DNA from: Caecitellus pseudoparvulus
Taxonomy: Eukaryota; Protista; Bigyra: Bicosoecida
Direction of reading: 5' to 3'
Length of the DNA: 64,000 bases
Assembly: GCA_965644315.1 (NCBI GenBank)
Contig: CBFFRQ010000089.1
Span: forward strand, 372,001-436,000
Shown here one piece after another: positions 11,131 through 23,700 of this stretch. The notes beneath the pieces are model-generated. The model had not been told where the DNA came from. It saw nothing but the letters and a program-made list of their open reading frames with translations, and searched no databases. The stretch's first letter is position 1; the number at the start of each line of letters is the position of its first letter. Position numbers and translations under genes: made by a program.

Positions 11131-14100
11131 ATGGCTTCGCCCACAGCTTGCGGGTGGGGCATACTGTCCATACTGCTGTTGCAGCTGGTGATGCACGTTC
11201 GTGCCTCCATCATCTGCGAAGCGGGATTCTTCGTGAACGGCACAGTGTGTGACCTCTGTCCTGACGGGCAGTACATGCCCCGGAGCAACCACAACATGAC
11301 GTCGTGCGACGGGTGCGCCATGGGCTGGACGCCGAGAAACAGCTCCACCGCCCCTCGAATCAAGATGAAGGAGGCCTGCTCTGAGTGCCTGCCGGGGTAT
11401 GCCAAGGGCACAGTGGGGCCTGACGAGTGCACGCTGTGCTTGGCAGGGACCCGCTCAGACGACTTGCGGCAGGTACTGGAAACAACCACCGAGGTGATCC
11501 CGGGGGATCCTGATCAGGACGTGTACAATGGCCGCACAGAATGCCGCGGCTGCGTGGCTGGGCTGTACTCCGCGACGGATGGAGCGTCGGCCTGCGACGA
11601 GTGTGCCGCTGGCACAGTCACCACCTCACAAGGCAAGACGGCCTGCGATGACTGCACGCCGGGGAAGTTCACGGCCGTGAGTGGTGAAAAGGAGTGCTTC
11701 GACTGTGCCAAGGGCTCCTTCAACAATATCACTGCCGCCACCACCTGCGAACTGTGTGCTGTGGGCAAGTTCCAAGATGTGCGCGGCAGCACCACCTGCA
11801 AGGACTGCCCTCAGGGCACCGTGGCCAACTCCACACTACCGGGTGCAATCACATGCGTGGACGACGGCCCAGATAACTGCACTCTTGGCGAGCGTGCTGT
11901 CATCGTGGACCCCGGTGTGTTGACGTGCTTCGCCTGCCAAGCCGGCAGGTACAGCGACGCAGTCAACCAAACCAGCTCCGAGTGCACTGCGTGCCCGGTG
12001 GGCACCAGCACTGACTTGAACCTCGGCGCGGAAGATGTGTCGCAGTGCCTTGCCTGCAATACCGGGCGGTTCGGCAACGAAACCGGCCTGCCCGAGTGCA
12101 ACGCGTGCAGCCCTGGCTTCTACACCCCTGACAACGGGACCGCCTTCACGTCCTGCATCGCGTGTGAACCTGGCACGTACGGCTCGTCAAGTGGCATGTC
12201 TATGTGCACGGCGTGCCCAGCGGGGAGGGCCTCCTCGGCCGTCAACGCGACGACCAATGAGACGTGCGCACTGTGCGAGTCTGGCAAGTATTCAAGCGAC
12301 GTCGCGGGCTCCACATCGTGCGAGTCCTGCCCGCCCTCCAAGGTGACGTCCGGCTCGGCACCAGCAGGGGCCAGCGTGAACGACTTCAACATCGTGTGCC
12401 TGGACCCCAGCACGTCCCCCACAGCCACGCCCTCCTCCACACCTTCCTCGACGCCCAGCCACACCGCCAGCTCCACGGCGTCGCCCACTGGCACGGCGAC
12501 GCCCTCACCATCGGGCACGGCGACACCCAGTCAGTCCCCTACACACACTGCCACGGCCAGCAGCACAGCCTCCAGCACTGCCTCGCCCAGCGTCACTCCC
12601 AGTGGCACTGCGAGTGGGTCACCCACAGCCTCTGGCACACCGTCCCAGTCGACATCCCCCACTGCCACGTCAAGCGGCACACCCTCCTCCACCGCCACGC
12701 CCAGTGCTTCGCCATCTGCGACGCAGTCACCCACACGCACTGCCACGCCCAGCAGCACAGCCAGTAGCACTGCCTCGCCTACTGGCACTCCCAGTGGCAC
12801 TCCCAGCGTCACACCCTCCTCCACCGCCACGCCAAGTGCTTCGCCATCTGCGACGCAGTCATCCACTGCCACCCCTACCAACACACCCTCCTCCACCGCC
12901 ACGCCCAGTGCTTCTTCAACCGCGACGCAGTCACCCACACGCACTGCCACGCCCAGCAGCACAGCCAGTAGCACTGCCTCGCCCACCGTCACTCCCAGCG
13001 GTACTCCTACTGGGTCCCCGTCGGCCACTGGCACGCCATCGCAGTCAATGTCCCCCACTGTCACTCCCAGCGGCACAGCTTCCCCTTCTGCCACGCCAAG
13101 TGCTTCGTCGTCTGCGACGCAGTCGCACACTGCCACCCCCACGGGGACGCCGTCTGCTTCCGTGTCACCGGACGAGACGCCGACACAAACTCCCAGCCAG
13201 AGCATGACTGCGTCACCCTCCAGCACTGCGGCGGCGTCCGGCCCCGCCACGCCCAGCAGCACAGCCTCCAGCACAGCCACGGGCTCGCCGTCGTCGTCAC
13301 ACACCGCAGCCCAGACACCGCTGGCCTCGGAATCGCCCACCGCCACGGTGACCGCCACTCCTGACAGCACACGCAGCACAGGCACCCCATCCCCCTCCCC
13401 CAGTGTCTCCACCACCCCCGGCATGCCAGGCTTCGGCACCCACACACCCTCGCCCTCACCCTCCCCGTCCGTGTCAGCCAATGACACGGCGCCTGCAGCG
13501 GCTGCCGTGCCCAAGGCAGAGCCCCCCGTGTCTGGCGGCGGCATCGCAGCCATCATTGTCGCCTTGATCGTGCTGCTGGTGCTGGTGCTGCTGCTCCTGG
13601 CCTACGCTCGTTACCGCCAAGTGCGCCGCCGGTGGCAGGACGGACACCGCATGTCTGTCGCACCAGTGCGGCCGCCGCCTGGAAGCGGGCGTGACATCGT
13701 CAACCCTCTGGCAGCCGCAGGCGGCGGCGCGGTGCTGCAGCAGGCGACGGGCCCACCAGCCCTGGCTGCTGGCGGCAACAGCGCCATGGCGGCAAAGCTT
13801 GCCGGGCGTGAGCTGCAGGCGCCCTCCTTCGCAGAGTGGGTGCGGTCGTCCAAGGTCCGGGCGCAGTTTGACGCAGAGAGCCGCGGTGTGGCGTCGGGCG
13901 GGGGCGACGGGGGCACACCCGGTGCCGCTGCGCCAGCCGTGCCGTCCTTGGCCGACGCCGTGACTGGCCGGAAAGGCAGCATGTTCGAGGACTCCCTGGA
14001 GATGCGGCGCATGGACCAGCGCGCAGGGAAACTGCAGAACTTCCAGGGCACCTCCACCCGCATGATTTTCCGGCCCTCACAGCTGACGGCAGCGCACGGG

Positions 14101-14208
14101 GGAGACGTGTCTCGCCAGGCGTCCACAGAGGCGGCGGCCGCCAGTACACAGCCCACGGCGCCAGGCTCTGCACAAAGCAGGGTGAACCCCATGCTGGCCA
14201 GAAAATGA
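11131..14208 (+). CDS. Type I surface protein: signal peptide, Cys-rich GCC2/GCC3 (ephrin-receptor-like) repeats, S/T/P mucin-like stalk, single TM, cytoplasmic tail
   Basis: Repeated CxxCxxGxY/F units, about 350 aa S/T/P/A-rich stalk, TM IAAIIVALIVLLVLVLLLLAY followed by basic residues. Confidence 0.85.
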   Translation: MASPTACGWGILSILLLQLVMHVRASIICEAGFFVNGTVCDLCPDGQYMPRSNHNMTSCDGCAMGWTPRNSSTAPRIKMKEACSECLPGYAKGTVGPDECTLCLAGTRSDDLRQVLETTTEVIPGDPDQDVYNGRTECRGCVAGLYSATDGASACDECAAGTVTTSQGKTACDDCTPGKFTAVSGEKECFDCAKGSFNNITAATTCELCAVGKFQDVRGSTTCKDCPQGTVANSTLPGAITCVDDGPDNCTLGERAVIVDPGVLTCFACQAGRYSDAVNQTSSECTACPVGTSTDLNLGAEDVSQCLACNTGRFGNETGLPECNACSPGFYTPDNGTAFTSCIACEPGTYGSSSGMSMCTACPAGRASSAVNATTNETCALCESGKYSSDVAGSTSCESCPPSKVTSGSAPAGASVNDFNIVCLDPSTSPTATPSSTPSSTPSHTASSTASPTGTATPSPSGTATPSQSPTHTATASSTASSTASPSVTPSGTASGSPTASGTPSQSTSPTATSSGTPSSTATPSASPSATQSPTRTATPSSTASSTASPTGTPSGTPSVTPSSTATPSASPSATQSSTATPTNTPSSTATPSASSTATQSPTRTATPSSTASSTASPTVTPSGTPTGSPSATGTPSQSMSPTVTPSGTASPSATPSASSSATQSHTATPTGTPSASVSPDETPTQTPSQSMTASPSSTAAASGPATPSSTASSTATGSPSSSHTAAQTPLASESPTATVTATPDSTRSTGTPSPSPSVSTTPGMPGFGTHTPSPSPSPSVSANDTAPAAAAVPKAEPPVSGGGIAAIIVALIVLLVLVLLLLAYARYRQVRRRWQDGHRMSVAPVRPPPGSGRDIVNPLAAAGGGAVLQQATGPPALAAGGNSAMAAKLAGRELQAPSFAEWVRSSKVRAQFDAESRGVASGGGDGGTPGAAAPAVPSLADAVTGRKGSMFEDSLEMRRMDQRAGKLQNFQGTSTRMIFRPSQLTAAHGGDVSRQASTEAAAASTQPTAPGSAQSRVNPMLARK
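12410..13480 (+). repeat. Imperfect coding tandem repeats of the mucin-like stalk
   Basis: Recurrent blocks such as ACACCCTCCTCCACCGCCACGCC(C/A)AGTGCTTC and CAGCAGCACAGCC. Confidence 0.8.
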
Positions 14209-14282
14209 GCCGTGCTGGGGCGGGGCACAAAGCCTGAAAGTGTGCATAGTGGGCGTGCGTGGCCAGGTCGTTCGGCTTGAAT

Positions 14283-17200
14283 TCAAGATAGTGCTGACAG
14301 CAAGGCTTCCAGCTTGGGGCACATGACCACCAAGTGCTTCTGCTTGCTCACCTCCAGCGCCGCGGCGATGGAGGACCGCAGGCCCTGCGCGCTGAAAATG
14401 GCGGCGGTGCCGCCGGCGTGCTTGGCCATGGCGCTGACGGTGTCAATCAACACCTGTGGCTGTGGCTGCTGCTTCTGCATCTCCTCCCGAATGCTGAGGG
14501 AGAGGCGGGAAAGGACGGGGGGCGCGTTGGCGAATTCCCGCGCCAGGTCTGGGGAACGCGTCACCAACGTGTTCAGCGGCTGGAACAGCCCCTCCACCAC
14601 CCTACTGGAGGCGAACACGGCTGAAATGGAGTTGATGCTAGTGCTTTCGCTGGCCAGGTGGGTCGCCACCTGCCCTGTGCGGTCGGCAGCCACCCACGCC
14701 GCCAGCGCCTGCAAGGCAGACGACTCCCAGCCAGTGGAACTCAGCAGGCGCAGGTACAGGTCCACACCGCCCGCATCCCACAGCGCTTCGTGGGACGCGC
14801 CGCCAGCTTGGGCTTGCTGTGTGAGCAGCATGATGGCAAAGGGCTGCAGGGGGCTGCCTTTGCGGAACGCCAGCGCCCGCAGCGGCAGCAGAACACCCGC
14901 CGAAGCCGCATGGCGGCGGCGAGAGCGGTCGACGAGGCACAGCAGCAGGAGTGCGTTGAGGACTTGCTCCTGCATGTAGGACTGCAGGGGCGTGAACTTG
15001 ACGTGGCTGGGGCAGGGTGCGCGGGGAATGCCAAAGGCGTCCCGCTGTGTCAGCCCAGTGTTGCGGGCGAGAAACGTCACCAGCGCCTCCACGCCTTCAG
15101 CCGCCGTGATGGCACGCTGGGCGCCTTCGCCCCGCACCAGCAGGCGCAGTGTGTGCAGGACATGCTTCACGAGGGGCGCGTACAGGGGGTGCCACAGCAG
15201 GGCCGAGGGGGCGGGGCGCATGACGAGAATGAGCGTCGCCACAACACTGCGCGTGCCCACTGCGTCGCACAGCTGCACGCCGCCACTGGCCAGGTAATTC
15301 ACCGTGTCCAGCAAGAGACGCATGTCCCGCAGCACAGAGGACAGCATGGACTTGACATGCTGCGGCAGGGGGGGCAGTGCTGCCCACGGGTCGCGTGCCA
15401 GCTCCGCGGGGGGCGCGCCCTCGTTCACTGACGGCAACGTTGCAAGCTGGTCCATCGTCGTTGGCGACATGGCCTTGGGCAGGCTGCCCTGCAGGAACTG
15501 CACCTGAGCACTGCCCTGCATGAGGGAATTCTTCGTGTCTTGCGCCACCTCCCAGCCCTGGCAGGCGGCCTCGGAGCCTGCCGACACGGCAATGTCCAGC
15601 ATCGTGTGCGGCGCCCAGGACACGGCGGAGTTCGCAGAGGCGGCGCGGCGGTGGCCCACCCGCCGTGGCGGGGGCCTGCGGGCCAAGGTGCCCCCGCCCT
15701 CCTCCCCTCCTGAGCTGGAGTCGTCGCTGCCAGACGCGATGGCGCCGTAGGCGAAGCGATCCAGCTCGGTCGTGCCGGTCGCTGTGCGACCACGTCCGCT
15801 CCGGCCGCCTGGTCGGGTCAGCGACCGCGACCTGGGCCGCAGGGTGCTGGCTTGTTCCTGTGCGATGTGGCGGGCCACGCTGAACAGGGTGACTGCCGAG
15901 TGTGCCGTGACGCCCCCCCGTGGCGCCTGGCGGCTGGACAGGGGGGATGTGGAGGGACTGCGGTCGGCGAGGGACATGCCGCGCCGGATGGCAGCCGGTG
16001 TGGAGTTGGGCGTGCCGCCCGACGCGCGTGCCTTGGTGGGTGGGGTGTGTGCGGCGGCCTCCAGGGGGCGGTGTCCGCCCCCCCGTTTCCGCCGGGCGGC
16101 GTTCAGGGTGGCGTGGGCACCCCCCCCGTGGCGCCGAAAGGCATCGGGCGCCAGGGTCCACTGCGCCGCCATGGTGCTGCGTGGGGCGTGTTGCATCTTC
16201 CGTGGGGGGCTGCTCTTCGTGCGTGCTCGCAGCGGGTGGGGCACAGTGAGGGAGTCCGAGTCACTGTCCTCGTCCGCCCACTTGGCCAGGGCGCTGCTGA
16301 CTGCAGGTTTGCGGGCGGGCTCGCCACTGGGGCTGCGGGGTGTGGAGGGCGCCTCCTCTTCGCCACTGGACTCTGACCCAGAGCCAGCCTGCACCCCCTC
16401 CTCCAACGCGTGACACAGCACGTTGCAGGCGTAGTAGAAGCCAGCCCGCAGTGCTCGCACGATGGGCGGCAGCGCCCCCGCTCGCACCAGCAACCGCCGC
16501 AGCTCATCGTGCGACACCACCACGCCAGACTCCTCCGTGACCACTGCCAGGAGGCCGTGCACGCCCACACGCAGCAAGGCCTGGTCCAGGCCGCCTTGCA
16601 CTGCAGTTGCAGCGGGTTGGGCCGTCCCCGCTGGCGAGGGGGGGTACTCTGCCTCCCCCATGCTGCTGGCGATGAGGGGCTTCATGCCGGCGTTCAGCTT
16701 CAGTAGGTCGGACGTGTCCTCCGCATCCAACGTGTCGTCAGACGCCTTGCCAGAGGGCACGAAGGGGGTGTCCATGCCCCCGGCACCTGCCAACTGCAGA
16801 GCTCCGATGACGGGGGCCGTGGGGGTGCTGCCATGGGCCGGGCTGCCTGGCGCGCTCCCGTCACTGCCCGTCGCGTGCATGAGCTGCACGAGGGCCTGCA
16901 CGCCGCCACACCCCACGAACACACGCAGGTTGCTGGCGTCCCCCACCGCCACCCTGTGGATGAAGCGAGCCGCCTGCAGTCGCACACCGGCCGGGAAGGA
17001 GCTGCCCGTGAAGCGCAGGATGATGGGCAGACCGCCCACGAAGCACACGGTGGCGACACGACTATCCTCATCTGCCACCAGGGTGTTCAGCACCCGCAGT
17101 ATCCACTTGGTGGCACGGGGGGAGGCTCCCCAAGCCTGCAGCAGTGCAAGCAAGGCGGGGATGCCGCGGCGCTCCACGCACGCCTGCCGCATTTGAGCCT

Positions 17201-19777
17201 TGTCCTTCAGCAGACTGAACAGCGCCTCCATATTCCGCACCAGCACGTCATGCGCCACCTGTGTCGCCTCCAGACGCCCAAGCAGAGTGCTGAGAGCGGT
17301 GGAGAACTGCTGGTACAGGGCGGGTTCGAGGCCCCCTGCCTCGCGGCGGGAGGGGGCCTGCGGAAGACACCGCACGAACCCGGGCACACGCAGGGAGGAG
17401 GAAGACTTGGAGGGCTGCAAGGGGGGGTGAGGGGTGGTGGCGGTCTTTGTCGCCGGCGCTGCCCTGGTCCCCCCCGCGTCCCCCCCGTCACTGTCACTGT
17501 CCGCCCAGCCAGCCAACGCGCCGGCTGTTTGGGTCTGCCCAGTGCCGCCCGTCGGTGCAACTTGTGCTGCCTTGCCCTTGGCACTGGACAGGGCGGCCTT
17601 CCAGTCGTCGTCATCGGAGGAAGAGTCGGCCATGGCGGCAAGGGGTGCAGGGGGGGGCTTGGCGGGGCGTGGGGCCAGCGGACGTGCGTCGTCGGAGTCA
17701 CTCGTGGAGGCGTCAAACGCATCTCGCAGGGCTGCAGCGGAGACCGCACCCCCCTTGCCCTTCAGCTTGGCAGCCAGTTGCGCCTTGAGGTCGGCGACAC
17801 CCCCCCCTGCCGGCCCCTTGGAGGGGGGTGCGCCCCCAGCTTCCACATCCCCGCCCCCAGCTCCAAAGTCCCACACCTCATCGTCGTCCCCACTGCTGCC
17901 ATGTGCTCGCCCCGGCCCGCCACTGGCCCCCCCTGATCCCCCACTTGACGAGCGTCCCACATCCCGAGGCAGCGTGCGGGATGCGAACCCCGGCGGGCCC
18001 AGGCGAATCTTCGGCCGAGGGGGGCGGGGCGCGCCGCTCTGCCACGCATCAATGTCCGCCTTCGTCACCGTGCCGTGCTTGGGCAGCTTGCGGCGCAGGG
18101 TCACTCCAGGTGCCAGGGGGGCACCGTCTCGTGCCGCGGCGTCCGCTGAGGACACGGCGGAGGGTGTGGCGGGGAGGCCGCCTTGGGCTGGGTCTGCACC
18201 CGACTCTGCCGCCGCCGCCTCCTTGTGTTCCAGAACAAGCCCCCGCACAGCCATGGCCTGCGCCGCGGCCTGCAGGTCTGACCAGTTCTTGGCCTGTTCC
18301 AGGGAGATGGCGATGGGGCCCGCCTGGTCCGGGGGCGCGGCAGACGGGGACACGGGGAGTGGCGTCTTGGATGCGAGGATCTCCAGCTGCTCGTCACTGT
18401 CCTCGTCGTCGTCGTCCGCCGCGTACATGACGCCCATGGCCAGGGCGGAGGCCTTCTCCTCCGTCAACAGGCGGGCCGCCTCCAGACCCCCCGCCACCAC
18501 AGCACCCCCCTCCGCCCCCATCCGCTGCCGCATGGCCTCCGTGAGGAGTGAGCCACTAGCACCGCCAGAGCCCCCCCCCTGGGCCTGCCCTGATGCCCCC
18601 TCCGCAGGCACCACCCCCTTGTCAAAGTCCCAGAAGCCATCGCTGTGCTCGCTACCCCCCTCCGAAGCCACACTGCCGGCAGCGGCAGAAGTTGGCGGCA
18701 GGGGAGGTGGTGCCACAGGGGGGATGCCACCGCCGCCGCCGCCGCCGCCGCCAGTGCTTGAGGACGGACTGGGGGGGTCCACCGCGATGCTGGATGCCGC
18801 CACTGCCTGAGCTGCCGCCCTGCCGTTGGTCTGGATCCACGCCTCGCCGATGAGCTCCTTGGCGGTCTTGCGGAAGGAGGGCGTTTTCTTGAAGCACTCG
18901 GTGAGAAACGCCCTCAAAGTCGGGCTCGCGAAGGGCGGCAGGGGGGGACACGGGTCCTGCACGATGCGGAACAGCGCCGACATGGGCTCCAGATCGAAGT
19001 ACGGCGGTTCCCCCGTGATCATCTCAATCACCGTACACCCGACAGCCCAGATGTCCGAAGCAGCCGACGCGCCAGACATCTCCACCACCTCTGGAGCCAG
19101 CCAGTACGGCGTGCCTGCCACGCCCATGTCCCCGTCCGTCGCGTCCACCGCCACGCCAAAGTCCGCCAGCTTAATCGTGCCCTGCCCCGTCACCAGCAGG
19201 TTGGCGCCCTTGATGTCGCGGTGCACCACACCCTGCTCGTGCAGGTAGGCGAGTCCACGAAGAATCTGCACGGTGTACATGGCAGCCACCTGCTCCGACA
19301 GAGGTCCGAACATCTTGATGAGGGACAGAATGCTGCCCTGGTCCACGTACCTGTGAAGGGAGCCGAGATGTTGGGGGGTGGGTGCTTTGTGTGTGTGGCT
19401 CACACAGTCATGCCAGGCGCCGCCTCACGCACTCCATCATGATGAAGAGCGAGCCCGTGGAAGCATGACTCCCGTAGTACTGCACGATGTTTTCGTGGCT
19501 CAGTCGCTTCATCAAGTCGATCTCCGCCTGCGCACAGCGCGGCAGGCGCGCGGCAGTGCAGCGTTAGTTTCGCCGGCGTTTCAGCCAGCCATACCTGCAA
19601 AGCAGCGCTCTCCCCCTCATCCATGCGAGACACAGCCATGTGCTTCACGGCGCAGGAAGATCCCCGCGTCTGGTCCATGCCAAGGTACACGATGGCAAAC
19701 CCTCCACGCCCCACCTCCCTGCCCAGCTTGTAGTGCGACACTTGCGTGCCGGCCGGCAGCGGCTTGGGAGCTGGCAT
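14283..19777 (-). CDS. STE-group Ser/Thr kinase, SepH/Cdc7/Cdc15/MAP3K-epsilon-like, with C-terminal ARM-like repeats; introns 19528-19594 and 19351-19432
   Basis: GRGGFAIVY, AVK, HRDIKGANLL, LADFG, GTPYWLAPE, GEPPYFDLEPMSALFRIVQD. Splicing restores AEIDLMKRLSHENIVQY and MEYVDQGS. Confidence 0.88.
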
Positions 19778-20037
19778 GGCGCTGCAGCGAACGGGCGGCC
19801 CACAACGCGCAGCGGTCTGGTCCGCCGCTGAAGCTGGAGCCTGTCGCCGCCAGCCTTTACAAGGGGCAGCGCAGCCCCGCTCTTACACGACATGAATTTA
19901 GACGCAGAAGTACAGTGTGGCATCGCGAGGGAAGCGTTGTCAAGGCATTGCGGTGGACGCTGGGCAGCAGCCTGTGGCACGAAACGGCATTTATCTGAGA
20001 CAGCGCCATCTTCCAGTGTGGAGGGAGTGCTTTTCAT

Positions 20038-20549
20038 TCATGCCTGCCCTGGAGCCGCCTGAACACCAGCGCCGCCTGCTGGCTGGTTCGTCTCAGACGT
20101 CGACTCAGCCAACACCTCCCCCGCTGTCTTGCCGTCTGCATCCGTCACAGACTCGTCTGCCCCTGCCGCGACCAACATCTCGAAGCATGCCCTGCTGCCA
20201 CTCCTGGCAGCCGCGTGCAGCGGCCCAGTCTTGCCCACTGGCCCGTTGGCGCTTGCGCCCGCTCCCAGCAAAGTTTGCAGCACATCCACATGTCCACCTG
20301 CAGCAGCCGCCTCAGCTGCCGACACGTCGTCCTTGTTCTTCGTGTCCAGGAAGGAAACTTGGAAAATCAAACCCTTTACCCTCTCCAACTTACCCTCACC
20401 CGCGGCAGCCTGCAGAGGGCCGGGGGAAAGAGAAGCTTACATGCGGAAATTGCCCCGCCACGCCAAAGCTGCAGCCTCACGATGAGGGAGTCAGAGGCAG
20501 AGGGCCCTGCACTGGAACTACCCATGACACGGGGCATCTTCATAGCCAT
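20038..20549 (-). CDS. Small ankyrin-repeat protein; predicted intron 20410-20480
   Basis: AAAAGGHVDVLQTLLGAGA, GPLHAAARSGSRACFEMLVAAGAD, DADGKTA. A GTGAGG...TGCAG intron joins a 23-codon first exon in frame. Confidence 0.75.
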
Positions 20550-20758
20550 CTTGTAGTGCAAAGAGCTGGGGTGCGCCTCGATGTTTGTGAGCTTCGCGAC
20601 ACTTGGTTGGTATTGCTGTGTCGAGTGGAAAACGTTGCACGTGGCTGCAAGTCCAGGCGCCTTCGGGTGGGTTGCGACACTGGGAAAAGTAAGACGGAGA
20701 CGGGGCATGGTGTGACACGCTCGTGCAGGGGGCATGGTCATGGTTTGCATTTTGGCAG

Positions 20759-23700
20759 CAGGGATCGTCAGGGTGTCCGGCTCCGCACCCTTCGGGTGTC
20801 CGGCTGAAGGGGGCCTTCGGCCCCTCCAGCTGGACACCCGGGTGTCCGGGAACTGGCCTTCGGCCAGTTCTTGAACCCCCCCTCAAAGACCTCAATAAAC
20901 GATATCCTGTGGTCCATTGCAGCGCCTTATGGGTAGAATGCGTCTTTTTGTGTCATCCTCTGTGAATCTGTGTCCGTTTGAATGCGCTTCAAGTGAGATA
21001 CCCAATCCTTGGCAGAGCACGCAAGCAACTTTATGGTCATATTTGATTATTTGTACAGATATTGCTGCAGCTTTGCATCTGGGCAGGCAATCTTGTCCTA
21101 CTCAACACGGTACCAAGCCCAAATACTGCAAAATGTGTGCGATACTGCTTGTACGGCACTGTTTTGGTTGGCGTGGTGATCTGTGGTCTGTGTGGTGTCG
21201 CTTGCCTGGATGCCCAGAGCTCCGCGTACGCCCTCCTGTACAAGGAGCGAAAGCCATGAGGGGTGGAAATAGTATGCAGACACACTTTGCGATGAAACCT
21301 TGCCCAAATCGCGCAAAAGGGAATTAGTATCAAGCAGGAGAGGCGCCTCCATTGAGCTCCCGGATCCACCCGCCTGGACCATCCTTGAAACTTGTCTCCG
21401 CAAGCAGTGTCTCGGGCCTGAAAAGAAAGCCCGCCAAGATCAGTGCCTCAAAGCCAACTTTGCATTGGTATGCTATCTTCAGCACCTGATCTGTTTCTCC
21501 ACACGTCATCAAGCGTTCCCTGCTTCCCTCCACCGGACCTCGGCGCCTTCTTGGGACCGCTTGGAGGCGCTCCTCCCGCTCGGACTCTCTTCTTGCCACC
21601 AACAGCCCGGCGTGAAGGGGCAGCTGAAGCCCCGGCAAGTGAGCATGCACGCGCAGCAGGGGCAACTCGAGAGGAAACAAGCTGCCCAGCTAGCCCATCC
21701 AGGCCCTTGACGAGTGCCTGGCCCTGCTCCTGGCGAACAGAGTCGACTGAAGAGTTGCACACTTTGAAGCGTGGGGTCAGCCAGTCCCTGATGCGCCGAG
21801 TCACAAACTGCTGATTGGAAAGCAGCAGAAGTTGGCTGCCAAGCAATTGTGTGTGTGCCCTGGTCCTCTTGCCACTGGCACACCAGTCGGTCAGCACGGA
21901 GAAGAAGCGCTCAGCGCCTGCACTTGTGACTGGTGTTGAGTACAATGCCTGCGCTATACGGGAGAGGAGAGGCCAAGTTCTTCGTTTTTCTCTCCACCAT
22001 GCCTCCAGATCTTTGCAGGGCTCGGCTTGCTTTCTGCCATCGCTGCCGATCTCAAGGCAAGCAAGCTCTCGGTGACTCTCACAGTATGCGACAAAGTGAC
22101 GCCACTCTTCCTCAATTTGCAAAGCAGTCCCCACGTTGTTGTTCAACAAGTGTAGCAGCTCTTGTCCATGGTTTATCTGCCCTCTGCAAAGGTTCATGAC
22201 CAAAACACAGAACCTAGCAGAACGGGGAAGCTTCCCAGGCTCTGCGTGCGTGTAGTACTTGGGGACTGACTTTTCGAGGTGTGCAAAGCGAAGACCAGCG
22301 TCTGGCCGTGGGCGCAGCAGGTCCATGAGCTTCCACCTGGCGGCGATGACTGCGCCCCACTCCTTGAGCTTCCTCCATCCCCGATCCGCAGCCTGGAGGC
22401 GCAACTTAGCGGCGGTTGCTCGAGCGTGCTGCGGAGCTGGCAGGTATCTTCTCGCAGAATCTGAGTCACGTATAAAGCTCCCATCAAGCTCAGCTAGACA
22501 CTTTGCTCTTCCTGCCCGGTCTGCACCGACTATGAGTACCTCAGCAGAGAGCGTGGGTTGACGTTGCCCTTGTCTAATTTCTCTCAGCTTGTTCTCAACA
22601 AATGCAAACATTTCTGTACCACCCTCATGACCCATGTGACTTTGCAACTTTTCAATCATGCTCACAAGTGGTCTTGCCACTTCAACCATTGCTGCAAGCT
22701 GCAGCATTGTGTCAAACCTGCGCAGATTATTCAATGCCCTTTCTGCCTTGTTCTCAAACACAGTTGTGTTAGACCCCGAGCCGGAACGCGACTGAGCTGA
22801 AAGCCACGCAATCAAGGCCTTCCTTTTGATTAGGATCGCTTTCGCAGCTTTCCATACACTGCCCCAGCGTGTAGGTGCGAAGAGGTAGTCAGACGAGTAA
22901 GCCGATGCCGCCTTGGCAGACTCGCGATGGGGAGCAGGGTTCTGGCCAGCAAAGAGGTCTTTGACGCGCTGACAAACTTCAACACCCCACTCGAATTCGT
23001 CGAACACTTCCCCCACGGCCAATGCTGCCGAGTGTGCCATGCAGGGCACGCGTGGCAGCAGTGCCAAGCTCGCCATCCCCTTCCTGACAGAACTGGAGTC
23101 AAGCCACTCACACAGCACTCGTCGGCAAAATGTAGCCTTGCTCTCGTCCAGCTTTTTATGTGGAACAGAATCATCGCGCACGCGCATGAAATCAGTCGAA
23201 GCTGCTTCCTCAATCTCCCTCCTTGTCAGATTTGTGACGGGATCAACAATCTCAACCTCAGGTCCAGGATCCCGAGAAGGAGTGGCAGCTACAGGTGTAC
23301 TTAGGTCAAAGTAGTCGTCACCCAGGCCTGCTGCATCTCGCCTTCTCACTTCCTCCTGGCATTGAATGCGGCCGAGCGCAGCAGCAGCTTCCTTGGTTAG
23401 ACCATCGAGGCGATGCCCAAGTGCGCATTCCACTTCACGACGGCAGCTTTCACCAGCAGGCAGCGCAGAGATTGCGCTGCCGAGGCGTTGCAAGTCTTTG
23501 ATGGCCCTCACATTGACCGTGGCGTTGTCACATACAATCCCAGCCAGTCTGGCTGGGTTGAGATCCAGCTCGTACAGGACCACAAGGATCTGCTCCGTGA
23601 TTGCACGGGCATCTGAATGATCTACCTTCAAGAAAACTCGGCAAGGAATCGGCTCTGGAAGCAGCGAAGGGCATGACAGCACGACTGTAGTACAATTCAG

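Noticed and set aside
20786-20870. cUUCGg RNA tetraloop hairpins or intrinsic terminators
   Set aside because: Base-pairing registers give 3-nt TTC/GAA loops, not UUCG tetraloops, and there is no U-tract. Reported as GAA-triloop hairpins instead.
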